From Basidiobolus meristosporus CBS 931.73 (taxonomy: Eukaryota > Fungi > Basidiobolomycota): a DNA stretch of 64,000 nucleotides. The DNA lies in assembly GCA_002104905.1 (NCBI GenBank), contig MCFE01000041.1, forward strand, positions 1 through 64,000, in the 5' to 3' direction. Below, piece after piece: positions 48,048 through 60,894 of the stretch. The first letter of the stretch is position 1, and each line of letters begins with the position of its first letter. The translations under genes and the position numbers were made by a program. The notes beneath the pieces were generated by a model. The model was not told the DNA's origin, made no database searches, and was given only the letters and a program-made list of their open reading frames with translations.

Positions 48048-51000
48048 CTACACTGTTGGTGTGGCAAGAATCTCCGAGATGTCGTGAATGAATCGATTCC
48101 CCATTTCCTTCGATTCGGACTCTACGGCCAACTCCCCGCCCGACGAGAGGAATTGGTAACGATACCTGGGTGGAAGAGAATACACGTAACTGAGATATCT
48201 GTCCAACCATGCACGGGTCTCTTCAAGAACCCTTTTCTCCTCAGGCTCATTCACTCCCAGTCGAATCCACTCGTCGATGACAAACGAAGTGGATGGTGGG
48301 AGCCTGGGCTTCTCTTGCGGCTCCGTCGTTTGCGTACTGTTGCTCAAGTTCACGGCATGATCGGGGTCGCGATCGGTTGCGATGATCGTGTTACTATCGT
48401 CGAGCTTGCCAAACAGTATCAGGGAAAGTGGGTCAATCTTGGTGGTACCGCGAAGGAATAATGTCTCCGTCATGAAGCGCTCATGAAAAGCGAAGTATTT
48501 CGACTCGCTAGGCGTAAACTCCTCTTCCGCAACTGGTTCATTGGTTTCATTGTCGAGTACATCTGGCTTGTTGACGGCGGGTAGGGGTGCATCAGAGAAG
48601 ATATCCTTCAGTTCAACCTGCTGGCCCTCGTAAAGCACTGCTGCCGCTGCTTCGGTATCGGCGGTAGAGGCTGCTTCGACGGGGCTATTTTCGGGCTCCT
48701 CGTCAACCTTTCGTAGGTAATTGACTGATGATGGATGCATTAATGCGGTCTTGTCTGTCTTGGTCTTCATCCTGTTCTTCTCGCCGAACATTGACTCAGC
48801 GATATTAGGGTACATACCAGCGGTCAGTAATGCACGGATCAATCCTTGATTGTTCGAGTTGATGTTCATCGCTGGGCCACCTACAAGACGCTCCCGTAAA
48901 AGATCTTCATCTAGTGTGTCTGCTGTGTGCGCCATAAAGCCAGCTTTCTGCAGGATGTCCTTCAATTGGAGCTTGGTCTTGAAAATGGTTCGAATCCCAA
49001 TACGATGGATATAGTTCCGCTCGCAGAAATCGTTCTCTTCATGCTTGTCGTGCCGGACTTTTTCCCACTCTCGAACCACATTCACTGTGGTTAGGGCGTC
49101 GCATTCGGACCCCTGGGCCCACTTGCGTCTTACCCGCTTCAATTTGTCTCGGAGATCGGGTGGCGCGGTGAACACGTCCTTGCTTCCCAAGGCCGCAGCT
49201 ACAGTGAGGATGGGGTCCAGGCATTTGAAGATGCATCCGAGCACAACCATTTTGCCAAAGCCAGGATCAATCGGCAATGAAGCCAGCACTGAGCCAAGTG
49301 GAGTGAGGTTCTGCTCATCATTCAGCGCATCAAGGGATTTCAGATTATCAATGGCCATTTGAATGCTTTGATGTCTTGGTGGATTTGGCGCCTTGGCAAG
49401 GATTGCCCCCAATGGTCCGCTGAAGCCCATGGCTCGAATGTGCAAGCAAATGGAGCGAAGATCGGAGCGCAGCAATTCGGGTACTTGAGCCCGAGGTAAC
49501 GCGAACTTGTGATTTCTAGTGATCAACGAGAAATACTGTCCTGGCTGACAACGGCCGGCTCGGCCAGTTCTTTGTCGGATATTAGCCTGAGAGGTGAAGA
49601 TGGGCGAGAGACTGGTGATCCTACGGCTAGGATCAAACACCTTTTCCTTCACCTTGGCAGTGTCGACCACGTACACGATGTCATCGATGGTCACACTGGT
49701 CTCGGCAATGTTCGTGGCCAACACGATTTTACGTACACCAGGTGGAACCTTTTTGAAAGCCTCCTGCTGCATGGCGATGGGAATTGATGAATGAAGACAG
49801 ATGATCTTGAATTTCGACTTGTCCCTGTAGCCCACTTTCATGATATCCCGCTCCAGCATGTGCCGTTGAAGTTTCGACATCTCTTCCCAGCCAGGTAGGA
49901 AGCACAAGACTGCGCCTGGACCCTTCGTGAGCGAAATGTGGGAAATCAATGTCTCCACCAAATCCAAGGGCAACTCACAGTCATCATATGAACGTCCCCT
50001 CAACTCGTTGGAGATGTAGTTCTTGGTTTCACGAGAATTCATGAGTGGGTAGTTGTATTGGCTCAGGCTCTCGTAATAGTCGTTGAGATAGTGCTCCTTG
50101 ATAGGGAAGGTTCTACCCGGAATCTCGATCACCTGTGGAAGATTCAGCTTTCCTACGCTACCGTAATGCCGGAAGTAGTTTTGGAACAGGTTGATCTCGG
50201 CAGTAGCACTCATAAGAACGAGCTTCAAGTCCGGACGCTCCTCCAGCAGCTCCCGAAGGACCATGAGAAGAAAATCGGTGTTCATATCTCGCTCATGAAC
50301 TTCATCCAAGAGGATATGGGTGATTCCTTCCAGCTTTCGATCTTCTTGCAAACGACGCAAGAGAACGCCAGTGGTGCAAAAGGTCACCCTTCCTTCCGAG
50401 GCCGGCACAGTTGGTGGCATGGTTTCGAAACGAACGTTGTATCCTACGGCAGAATTTTTCCCGATCGTCTCGTTTCTCTCCGCGGCTACGCGCTGAGCGA
50501 CTGACACCGCAGCGATACGTCTGGGTTGGGTGACTACCACATTGGGGACGGCAGCGGATCCGCGCAGTTTGTTGAGGAAATCTGCGATAATGTATTGAGG
50601 AACCTGGGTTGTTTTTCCGGTACCAGTACCTCCCGAGATGATTGAAACCTGGTTTTCATTGATCGCCCTCAGGATCTCGGTATAATGCGAATACACTGGA
50701 AGATGTGTGGACTTGATAACTCCTTGCGGAGGAGGGCGAACGGTGGTTTTGTGGATGTGGTGTGGATGTGGGATAAACTCTTTTCTGGAGAAAGGATCCA
50801 ACTTCGGACGAGGTTGTGGGGCCTTGTTGACAAATGGCTGGAGCTGCTTGAACGACTGAATAGTGCTATCCAACTGAGCAATCTTGGGACGATTCAGGTT
50901 CATCACCACTGGGATAAGGGATAGCTCTTGCTTGGACATAAAGAGCTGCTCGTTATGTGGTATCGTAAGATAGATCTTCTCGGCAATATCTTCTACGGCC

Positions 51001-51965
51001 TTGCTCATAGAGCCTCGCTTGCTAGCAGCTTTTCCAATGCCATAGAGAATAGCCTCCTTGCCGTTATTTGCCTTCGGGGGCAGAGTGACTTGTATCTTCC
51101 CCTCCCAAGATTCGCCAGTCGATTTGCGGGCCTTTCCTTTTGCTTTGCTGCGAACGGCCGAGCGAACAATGCTGCAGGTGGGGCTGGGAACCGGCAATTG
51201 GTAGAGAGAACAAAAACGTTGAAGAATGTCCAGGTTGGCTTTTCCCTTTTCTTTGCGTATCTTATGGAACTCCCGGATCTTGAGCAGGCGTTCACGGGCC
51301 AACGGATCGAGCTTTTGAAACGCGAGCTCCTCATGCATCTTCTGGAGATTAAGGCCCCAATTCTTAGCAAACTTGTTGTACACAATGAAGATAGTCTCAT
51401 CCATTGTGGAGGCGTTCCCTTGAACTGTCTTCCTAGGAGCACGTTTGCCTCTCGGGTCCAGAACTCCGTGGTAAGCGTTGCCATTCAGGCGAACCTTCAC
51501 TTGAGGCAGCATGCCGTATCTATTTTGGAACTCTTTCTCAAAGTGCCGAAAGATGTCCACGTACTTACTGTTCTTGAGGGCTTCAGAGTGTCTGAAGGGC
51601 TGCTGCTGCGGCGGCGGCGGTGGCAGTTGTTGTTTTTGCTGTGGCTTCTGAGGGTACGGTTTGGGGAGAGTGGCACGCTCCATACGGAAGGATTGAGCTC
51701 TCTTTGATTTGGCGGCTTTTCTTGTGAACTCAGCGGGAGCAGGTTTCTTTGTGGTCGCCTTTGTTGGAATGGAGCTGAGCAACTCATAGAACGGGTCACG
51801 TTGAACAGCCGCATGATTGTAGCGTATGTTTGTCACCGGTTTGAGAATTGAGCGGAATACTGCCCGACCGGAAAGGGGGATTCTCGTCAATGCATTTTGA
51901 CGAGCATACGACGACAGTAGCGTCATATGGGAAGAAAGGAGTCTGGACATCTCGCTTACCAACAA
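48048..51965 (-). CDS. DEAH/RHA RNA helicase, DHX30/DHX36-like, intronless, putative mitochondrial targeting
   Basis: 1305-aa ORF with GGTGTGKTTQVPQ, TQPRRIAA, LDEVHER, MSAT, FLPGWEE, TNIAETSVTI, QRTGRAGR and HA2 region. R/S/L-rich acid-poor N-terminus; dsRBD-like segments before the helicase core. Confidence 0.93.
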   Translation of the reverse strand: MLVSEMSRLLSSHMTLLSSYARQNALTRIPLSGRAVFRSILKPVTNIRYNHAAVQRDPFYELLSSIPTKATTKKPAPAEFTRKAAKSKRAQSFRMERATLPKPYPQKPQQKQQLPPPPPQQQPFRHSEALKNSKYVDIFRHFEKEFQNRYGMLPQVKVRLNGNAYHGVLDPRGKRAPRKTVQGNASTMDETIFIVYNKFAKNWGLNLQKMHEELAFQKLDPLARERLLKIREFHKIRKEKGKANLDILQRFCSLYQLPVPSPTCSIVRSAVRSKAKGKARKSTGESWEGKIQVTLPPKANNGKEAILYGIGKAASKRGSMSKAVEDIAEKIYLTIPHNEQLFMSKQELSLIPVVMNLNRPKIAQLDSTIQSFKQLQPFVNKAPQPRPKLDPFSRKEFIPHPHHIHKTTVRPPPQGVIKSTHLPVYSHYTEILRAINENQVSIISGGTGTGKTTQVPQYIIADFLNKLRGSAAVPNVVVTQPRRIAAVSVAQRVAAERNETIGKNSAVGYNVRFETMPPTVPASEGRVTFCTTGVLLRRLQEDRKLEGITHILLDEVHERDMNTDFLLMVLRELLEERPDLKLVLMSATAEINLFQNYFRHYGSVGKLNLPQVIEIPGRTFPIKEHYLNDYYESLSQYNYPLMNSRETKNYISNELRGRSYDDCELPLDLVETLISHISLTKGPGAVLCFLPGWEEMSKLQRHMLERDIMKVGYRDKSKFKIICLHSSIPIAMQQEAFKKVPPGVRKIVLATNIAETSVTIDDIVYVVDTAKVKEKVFDPSRRITSLSPIFTSQANIRQRTGRAGRCQPGQYFSLITRNHKFALPRAQVPELLRSDLRSICLHIRAMGFSGPLGAILAKAPNPPRHQSIQMAIDNLKSLDALNDEQNLTPLGSVLASLPIDPGFGKMVVLGCIFKCLDPILTVAAALGSKDVFTAPPDLRDKLKRVRRKWAQGSECDALTTVNVVREWEKVRHDKHEENDFCERNYIHRIGIRTIFKTKLQLKDILQKAGFMAHTADTLDEDLLRERLVGGPAMNINSNNQGLIRALLTAGMYPNIAESMFGEKNRMKTKTDKTALMHPSSVNYLRKVDEEPENSPVEAASTADTEAAAAVLYEGQQVELKDIFSDAPLPAVNKPDVLDNETNEPVAEEEFTPSESKYFAFHERFMTETLFLRGTTKIDPLSLILFGKLDDSNTIIATDRDPDHAVNLSNSTQTTEPQEKPRLPPSTSFVIDEWIRLGVNEPEEKRVLEETRAWLDRYLSYVYSLPPRYRYQFLSSGGELAVESESKEMGNRFIHDISEILATPTV

Positions 51966-52733
51966 ACCACGCTAGACTAGTAGGAGGGAGTACCTTGGGT
52001 TGTTAGAAGCGAAGTGCTTCAGTACCAAACCAAATCCCTTTTGATGAACCGAATTTTTTCCGAGATCGGATGTGACCGCTGAAATTGCACAAGGTGAAAA
52101 AATTTCTTATTCCTTCTCGTCCAATCTTCATCTCGATTCACAGGGCCATTTTTAAATACTTTCCTTTTCCAGCACTTGCTCTTCCAATCGTTGCACGTTG
52201 CCTGGTTATACCCTGTGAGTTGACCGCAGCATTCACGGAGAACACCACCTGCACTTGATTGGTTGCTCTTCGTAGGAGCGGGGATATGGCGCGTACAAGA
52301 TTGCATGGATGGAGCATTGAGTTTATTCATCATTCTCCAGGATTCTGGATTTTTACAGGTCTCTTGAACTTTCTGGTTCCCTCTGCTTATCTAAAGCATC
52401 TTCACATAACGATAGTCGAACACAAACTACTAGTTTGCTTGTAGATGACATATGCGGAGTTGAGAGATGGAGTAGCAAGTAATCATACATGAACTATCAC
52501 CGAAGATATCCGTCGAGCGACCGACACTACGAATTCATAGGGGAAAAACTGGATTGTAAACGAAAACACGTATAAAGAAGAGGTAGAGGTTGAAGGGTCA
52601 GGGGAGGGTGGCGGGTGTTGAGATTATTTATGAGCCTAGCTTCTGTACAGTTATGTGGGAAAACAAATAAAGAAATTAGAAACACTGAACAAAAAGTACA
52701 AAGAAATCGACTTGGCTTGAGACGGTCGATCTC

Positions 52734-54467
52734 TTAGAAATTTGAGTTTAAGCCTTGGACATTACTGAGGATTTCCGCATCGGTAGTAGGATTCATCATA
52801 GATAGGAGCTGTTCGTGATTCACTTGGCTATGATCAAGTACATCTGAATAATTATTCAAGAATTCATCCATGTCAACATCTCCTATATCAAGTAACGGAT
52901 CCCCAGCAAGCAGAGGGTCGATCCCTAGCGAAGATGCGAGTGATTCGATGTTTTGGTTGAGTTCATCCATTTCCGAAGTAATTGTCGCAAGGGATTTGGT
53001 AGTTGAGCTGAGCTGACCCACCGGAGTCTTCTGAGAAAGTGGATTCGAGTTCGTATCGGTGCTTACCATGCTAGAGCCCAGGGGTCCACATGGTTGTGCA
53101 TTAAGGGTTGGGCTCGGAATGAAAGGCACCGGCTTACTTGTAGATGACAATACATTGGGCAATTGTGTAGCGACAGTTTGCGATGTGGACGAAGATGTGC
53201 TAACAGCTGGAGTTGTCGGAGGTTTTGATGCCAAGATATCAGTTGACTTGGGTGTGGTAGGAGTGGTGATAGAAGCTGTTGGAGTGGGCGATATATTGTT
53301 GAAAAGTTCAGTACAGTCAGGGCTATTGCCATATTGTGGGGTGTTTGAAGTGAATAATGATGGATCTAAAAAGAGTCTTAGTGAAACAGTCGAACAGAGA
53401 TTATTGTATTACGGAAATACCAAAACTTGGGCTACTCAAAGCCGAAGGTAAATCTATTGTTGATGGGTCGAAATCAAGATTCAAATCCTGATAGTCCTCA
53501 TTGTCGTGAAGATCATCCACTTTCGAGGTATCCGTATTTCCCAGTAGCAACCGACGCTTCCTAGGAATGATTTCTTTGCTCTTCTTATCCGACGAAAATA
53601 CCGAGGCAAGGAAGCGTAGGATCTTATCTATTGTCTCCTGTTGACGGTTGTACCGCTCCCGTGATGCCAATGTTTCTTGCCATAGCTGTTGATTTTCTCT
53701 CTGTAGGTTTTTTAAATCGGCACTGATAGTAAACTGATGCTTTCGTATGGCAGTAATTTCGTTCATGACATTATTCATATCCAACGCTCCACCTTCTTTA
53801 TCATCGGCTTCACGACCACGCTTTCTGGAAACCAAACAAAGCAAATCGGGTTGATTTTTCAAGAAATGGGGATTACTGAACTCCCAATGTTCGGCACCCT
53901 CATCGGCCTGTAGCACACCTTGCTGTAAGTGCGGGATCTTATGGAACCCATACATGTTTAGCTGCCGAACAAAGCTCGAAAAATTGTTGTGTTTAAAAAA
54001 TCTTGGCAAGACTTCCTTCGCAAACTCTTCATGCTTGGTAACTTATTTTCAGGAAAAACCAAAGTTAGTCAATCTGGGTTTGAAACCACTGAAGGGCCTT
54101 CCTGATTCTCGAAAAGCACCTACCGATAAAAGAAGCACCATCGTCCGACCAACGGATTAACTCGTTGGTAGATGAATCGTCCACCATCCTAGAGAAAAAC
54201 TGATAAATACCAGCGTAATAATGATAGTACCATGTATTGGGGCACCTACTTGTATAGCTTATTCAGGAACGCAGGTACATTTTTGGCAGTGTGTGTCCGG
54301 GTTGAGGATATTACATTTGGCGTAGCGGGGGGAGAAGGAGTATGTGCAGGTGTGGTGACAGTTGGGATGGGAGTATCAGGAAACTGGGTAAGTAAGGGTA
54401 ACTTCAAGTTGCCATTCAAGTTTGGGAACAAGAGTTTGGGAGTGAGATCTGCTGTTTGGTTTGTCAT
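52734..54467 (-). CDS. HSF1: Heat shock transcription factor; 4 exons
   Basis: NVPAFLNKLY|..LIRWSDDGASFI|VTKHEEFAKEVLPRFFKHNNFSSFVRQLNMYGFHK DNA-binding domain. HR-A/B coiled coil LQRENQQLWQE..QETIDKILRFLASVF. Confidence 0.95.
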
Positions 54468-55078
54468 TGCGCTGTTCTGAAAACACTTTTAAACGACAAA
54501 TAGGTATTAGTCCACAAATGGCTAACTAGTACCGAGTTCCTTGTGTGTAGACGAAGAGACTTGACGAAAAGAAATTCGATGTTTCTATTTTTTTTTTGTG
54601 GGAAAGTGATCGTGAGATGGAGATGGGGACGATGAATGGTTTTGATGGATTTCAACCACGTGACTATAGTCAGTTAAAGTTTGATCGATCTGACTAATGA
54701 GCGAATTCCCAAGATCCCGTTGGACAAAATAACCCAACTTGAAGAGAGGTGCATATGGGATTTGAGGAGCCCAGGTTTGATTTCTCAATGTATCAATGGC
54801 ATTCTTTCTGCCAAATGCTACTCATTGGTTGGTAATGATTATCCGCCAACTTTTTTACTTAAAAAGCTAATCATCCGAGCCTCAGCCAACATAAATGGTA
54901 ATAGCGATGAAAACAGCCAAATATAGGCTCGGGGTGATGAGCATATTTTATAAGTCTGGTGTTTAAGAAAGCCAATATTTATGCGGCACTACAGGTCTAG
55001 TCAATCAGAGCTCATACAAAATTGAAGCGGTGAATGGGTGGCGGGTGGTGAGTGACAGTGGGTTACATGAGAGTAGGC

Positions 55079-58000
55079 TCATCTCAAGGTGATAACGGGG
55101 AAAGAGCGATGATACTTAAAGTCATAGCCGATGATTTTAGTTGGTATATGTTTGCGGATCTGATTTGGGGTCTTTTTACTTAGGGAGGCCACCTCAGGAT
55201 CTTTGATGGCTGTTTGTAAAGTGAGGCTGTTGCCAATACACACGCGAATAACCGCTTTGGCATTCTAGGATTGAAGTTAGTATAGTGTTGGGCGCTAAAG
55301 TGTTTAACAGACGAACTTACTGCCGTAAACTCCGCATAAGATAATTCTGAAAACACTTCTGTCTCGTTAAACTTGAGCATGCCTTCCATCACTGATTTTG
55401 CAGTTTGAAGGCTCCTAAGGGCGGTAATCAAAAGATCATGGATCTGCAAGCCCAAATCAAAACGTGGTCCCAAATATCTCCAACAAATGGATCTAGAACA
55501 TACCGAAATGGATTCAATTTGGTGCAGAGTTTCTTGATAGTCATCGTATGAAAGAGGTGTCGGAGATACCAGGTGATTGTACATTCGAAAACGGTGGCAA
55601 AACCTAGTTCGCTCATCATCGAATTTCAACGAAGGAGATCTGATATGGCCGGTTCGATTGAATGCGGCAATCATCTGGCATGTATTTTAAGTACGGTTTG
55701 ATCACGTGGAGAGAAGATGTGCATCTTACCAAATAAATCCCTCTGGTCATCTCCCTCAAACCTGTGACTTGAATTCGCTGTATTGCCAGCGGGGATGCAG
55801 ATTCCGGAATGTCGCGATTTCCCTGACTAGGGATGGCTTTTTCTGATAACGAATGGTAAGATGATTGACCGACTGCTGGCTGAATTCCACCATATTCACC
55901 TTGTCCTTGAGCACAGGTAAGTGTGATGTTTACTATTCTTTCCAAATGTTGGCTATATGCGCCATACAAATAATCAAGATGCCTTGAGATACTGGGGTAA
56001 GCTTGATGCAGATGATGCGGAACACAATACTAGACTTACCAGAACATCATTAGGTATTCGTATTCTGCGAAGAGCTCCAAGTCAAAGCCTAGTTGAGCAG
56101 TTTGAATCATCATGCTTAATTTGCGATGGTAAACCCAGGAAGAGTAGAAGAACGGGAGCGACGCCGCCTACGAAGAAACAGGTAAATCATGAGGCAAGGT
56201 GAGGCAAGGTAACAGCTTTGCACTTACACTGTATTTGAAAATAGCGTGGAACTGCTCATCAATATGTTCCGCCTGTATAATACACATTAGCAACTAGCAT
56301 TGGGTCATCTATTTATCATTGCTGAAGCGATAACTGAGTACCTCTTCTTGTAGGATCTCCCATTCGCGAAGCAATTTGCACATAACTCGTCTTTGACGGG
56401 AGCGATTTTGGCAGTATACTTTGAATGTATCGATAAAAGGCTATCCGATAGTAAGTAACGAGAGCGGAAATTATCAGAAAGTCACGAACGGTTACCTTGG
56501 CCGCTCTAGTGATAAAGCCAGTAACAAGCGAGTACAACTCCTTGTGTTTGTTGTCTCCTAACGGAAGCTCGACGACCTGAAGGGGAGGGCGTACACTCTC
56601 AATAATAGAGTCCCGAATAAAGTAAAAAACCGGGAGCCTTCCGAGGATGCGGTGGTCAGAATACAAGGCCGACTATGTGTGGATTCAGTTAATACCCAGG
56701 AGCCATAAACAAGTTCAATTATGCCTTAATACCTGTATATATGATCTTGATACAGCACAGGCCTGAGGTTGAGCTTGAGAGTAATAAAAGAAGAAATTCT
56801 AAAAATGACCAGGTTAGTGCATCGAAGTGGCGTGACTGGGCAGCACAAAATCCCTACAATCAGAGTTTCTACAGAGTTGCATTCTGTAATGGTTGATATC
56901 TTGGACAATCGACCACAAAGTGCTGATAGGTTGTCATATGCCTATATTCAAACGAATTATTAGTAAGATACAGCTCTGAAGCGCAGCAGTGCCATATGAT
57001 GGATTGCAACCTCAGTTACTGACAATAAAGCGATTGGGCGAGGTGGAGCCTGTGCGGCCAATTTTCTATTGATAAGAGGGTCGAATGCTTTAAACTGGAG
57101 TTAGAACTTGGGAGGGGAAAGTATCTATGCTTCGTGTCAACAACCATCCGCGACGTCTTCGGCCAGGTCTAATGTGGATTTCACTGTGCCAGGGCCAGGG
57201 CCATCAAGTAAAGATTTGGCAAGATCGAACTCTTTCTGGGATTCGGAAAACTGCATCCCAGAGATGTATATCAGTCCAAGTAGATATCTCTGAAAAAGGG
57301 TCCGTTAGAGCTAGGTCCAGATTTCCAAGTGGCGCACGGCGCTTACTTTTCGTAGTTGAATTCTGGACAACAGTGCTTTTGCGTGAGAACCATCAGTAAT
57401 ATAGCCATCTTTGAATCGGATCTCTTCATCTGTCGAATATATTAATGATTGGTCAAGAAATACACAAGCAATGTTATTCTACCTTCATTGGCAGTCTTGA
57501 TGATTTTCATAAGCCATTCTTCGGAGTCTTCCAAGAGATTCAATGTCTCTGAATCAGTAAAATCTTCGTAGAAACTCAGTCCATACTTGTTTGTTGTGAA
57601 ATCTTCCTCCTTTTCGATTGAAACTAGAACTGTCATGATAAATGCGCAGCAGGACATACATTGGCTAGCAACATACTTCATAAACATTTCCCTTGATCAT
57701 TTCTTGCCACACCAGCTGGCAGCATTTGATTGCTCCCAAGACGTATGCTTTAAGGACCAGGGAAACTAGATTGTTGTCACTCTCACTGACTCCTTTAACT
57801 TGAGGAATCTTGAACACGTTGTGGACATACAAGCACGTGAACATTGTCTGCGAGAGGGAATGGCCAGAGTGCCATGCTAGCTGTAAAATTTATATTCGTC
57901 AGGAAAATCCTTTATAACATGATCCACCATTATATCAAACCAACCTCACACGAGCACAGCTTGTCCATTACTCCAAGTATTTGCGAGGCCGACAGAGGAG

Positions 58001-58549
58001 AAGAGGCGTCAAAGCCTTTGCTTGCGTCCTGTCCCTCTACATGCATACCTGTGTCCATTTTCGGGTCCATAATCTAAGGAAGGAAGGAAGGTGTGAGTGA
58101 ATGTGCAGGGCAATTGGAGTGACTAGTGAGAGTACCTCAATTGCAGCCATTGAATCATAAAGTCCAAAGCTCTCCAAGTGAACCAACTGACCAACGTCGA
58201 AATCTTGAAGGGACATTATGCAAGCATGAGTTGAAGATTATGAACCAAAAAACCAAACTGAATTGTAACCATTAGTTGCTTCATCAAGAAAATCGGTGAT
58301 GTCTTTCCATTCAGGTAGCAAATAAGTTTGCTGGTACGGATTAATCTTTAGATTGGAGATCGCTTCTATTGAACAAGCTCAGCATCAAGGATTTAGTTGA
58401 AGTGCAAACGAAACGGGGTACCCTGTACATTTTCCGATGATCCATTTTCTTTGCTGTAAAGTACGCGTCAGAAGTCAGAGTCGCATCGATATCATAGCCA
58501 TAAGCAGTGGCTAAACATACCTGGCACCATTAAAATTGACTTCCGTCAT
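55079..58549 (-). CDS. MAK10: NatC N-acetyltransferase auxiliary subunit Mak10/Naa35; many introns
   Basis: Exons encode WKDITDFLDEAT..GQLVHLESFGLYDSMAAIE|IMDPKMDTGM, YCQNRSRQRR..WEILQEE, FDLELFAEYEY, KFDDERTRFCHRF and C-terminal YDFKYHRSFPVITLR*. Confidence 0.92.
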
Positions 58550-58999
58550 CTTTCGACCCTTCAAAAGATAATAGCACTGTCAAGCAAGGTTGTTTTGATA
58601 GTGCGCTCAGAACTATGTGCTTATCGAGAGTCCTAAAATCGAATTTCCAGCAATCGAGCCTATCAAATATAATACAATGCGTTACAATGTCGAAGCCTCA
58701 AGATGGGATCAATCGCACATTATCAGGCTCTATGTTATGAACTATGGTTTTGCATATTATTTCGATCTTCCACACATTCATGGGGCATGGGATTAGGAGC
58801 AGCGATACTAGTTGATCTAAGTTCAACTGGTTTCCAGGTATATCTAGGAAATCAGAGGGACTTGGAGGAATTACGATATTATGCCATTTAGGAAATTAGC
58901 CATCCACCCGAGATGCGAGCGGCTTGATATAGAAATCGCTAATCCCGAAGTCCTCTATAAATTTTGTCTACCTCTACGTTTCATTTAAGCTTCCCGAAC

Positions 59000-60819
<1,820 letters not shown>

Positions 60820-60894
60820 GGGCAGTAATAAATTTATTTCGGCTGATCACAAAGTAAACCACAAAAAAATGCGATATCTGTATAGGTTGGTGGT

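Noticed and set aside
48980-49000. GGTTCGAATCC T-loop-like motif suggesting a tRNA
   Set aside because: It lies within the helicase ORF and has no cloverleaf context.
55180-56700. Scattered short ORFs that first looked like a transposon relic
   Set aside because: They splice into the C-terminal half of MAK10/NAA35.
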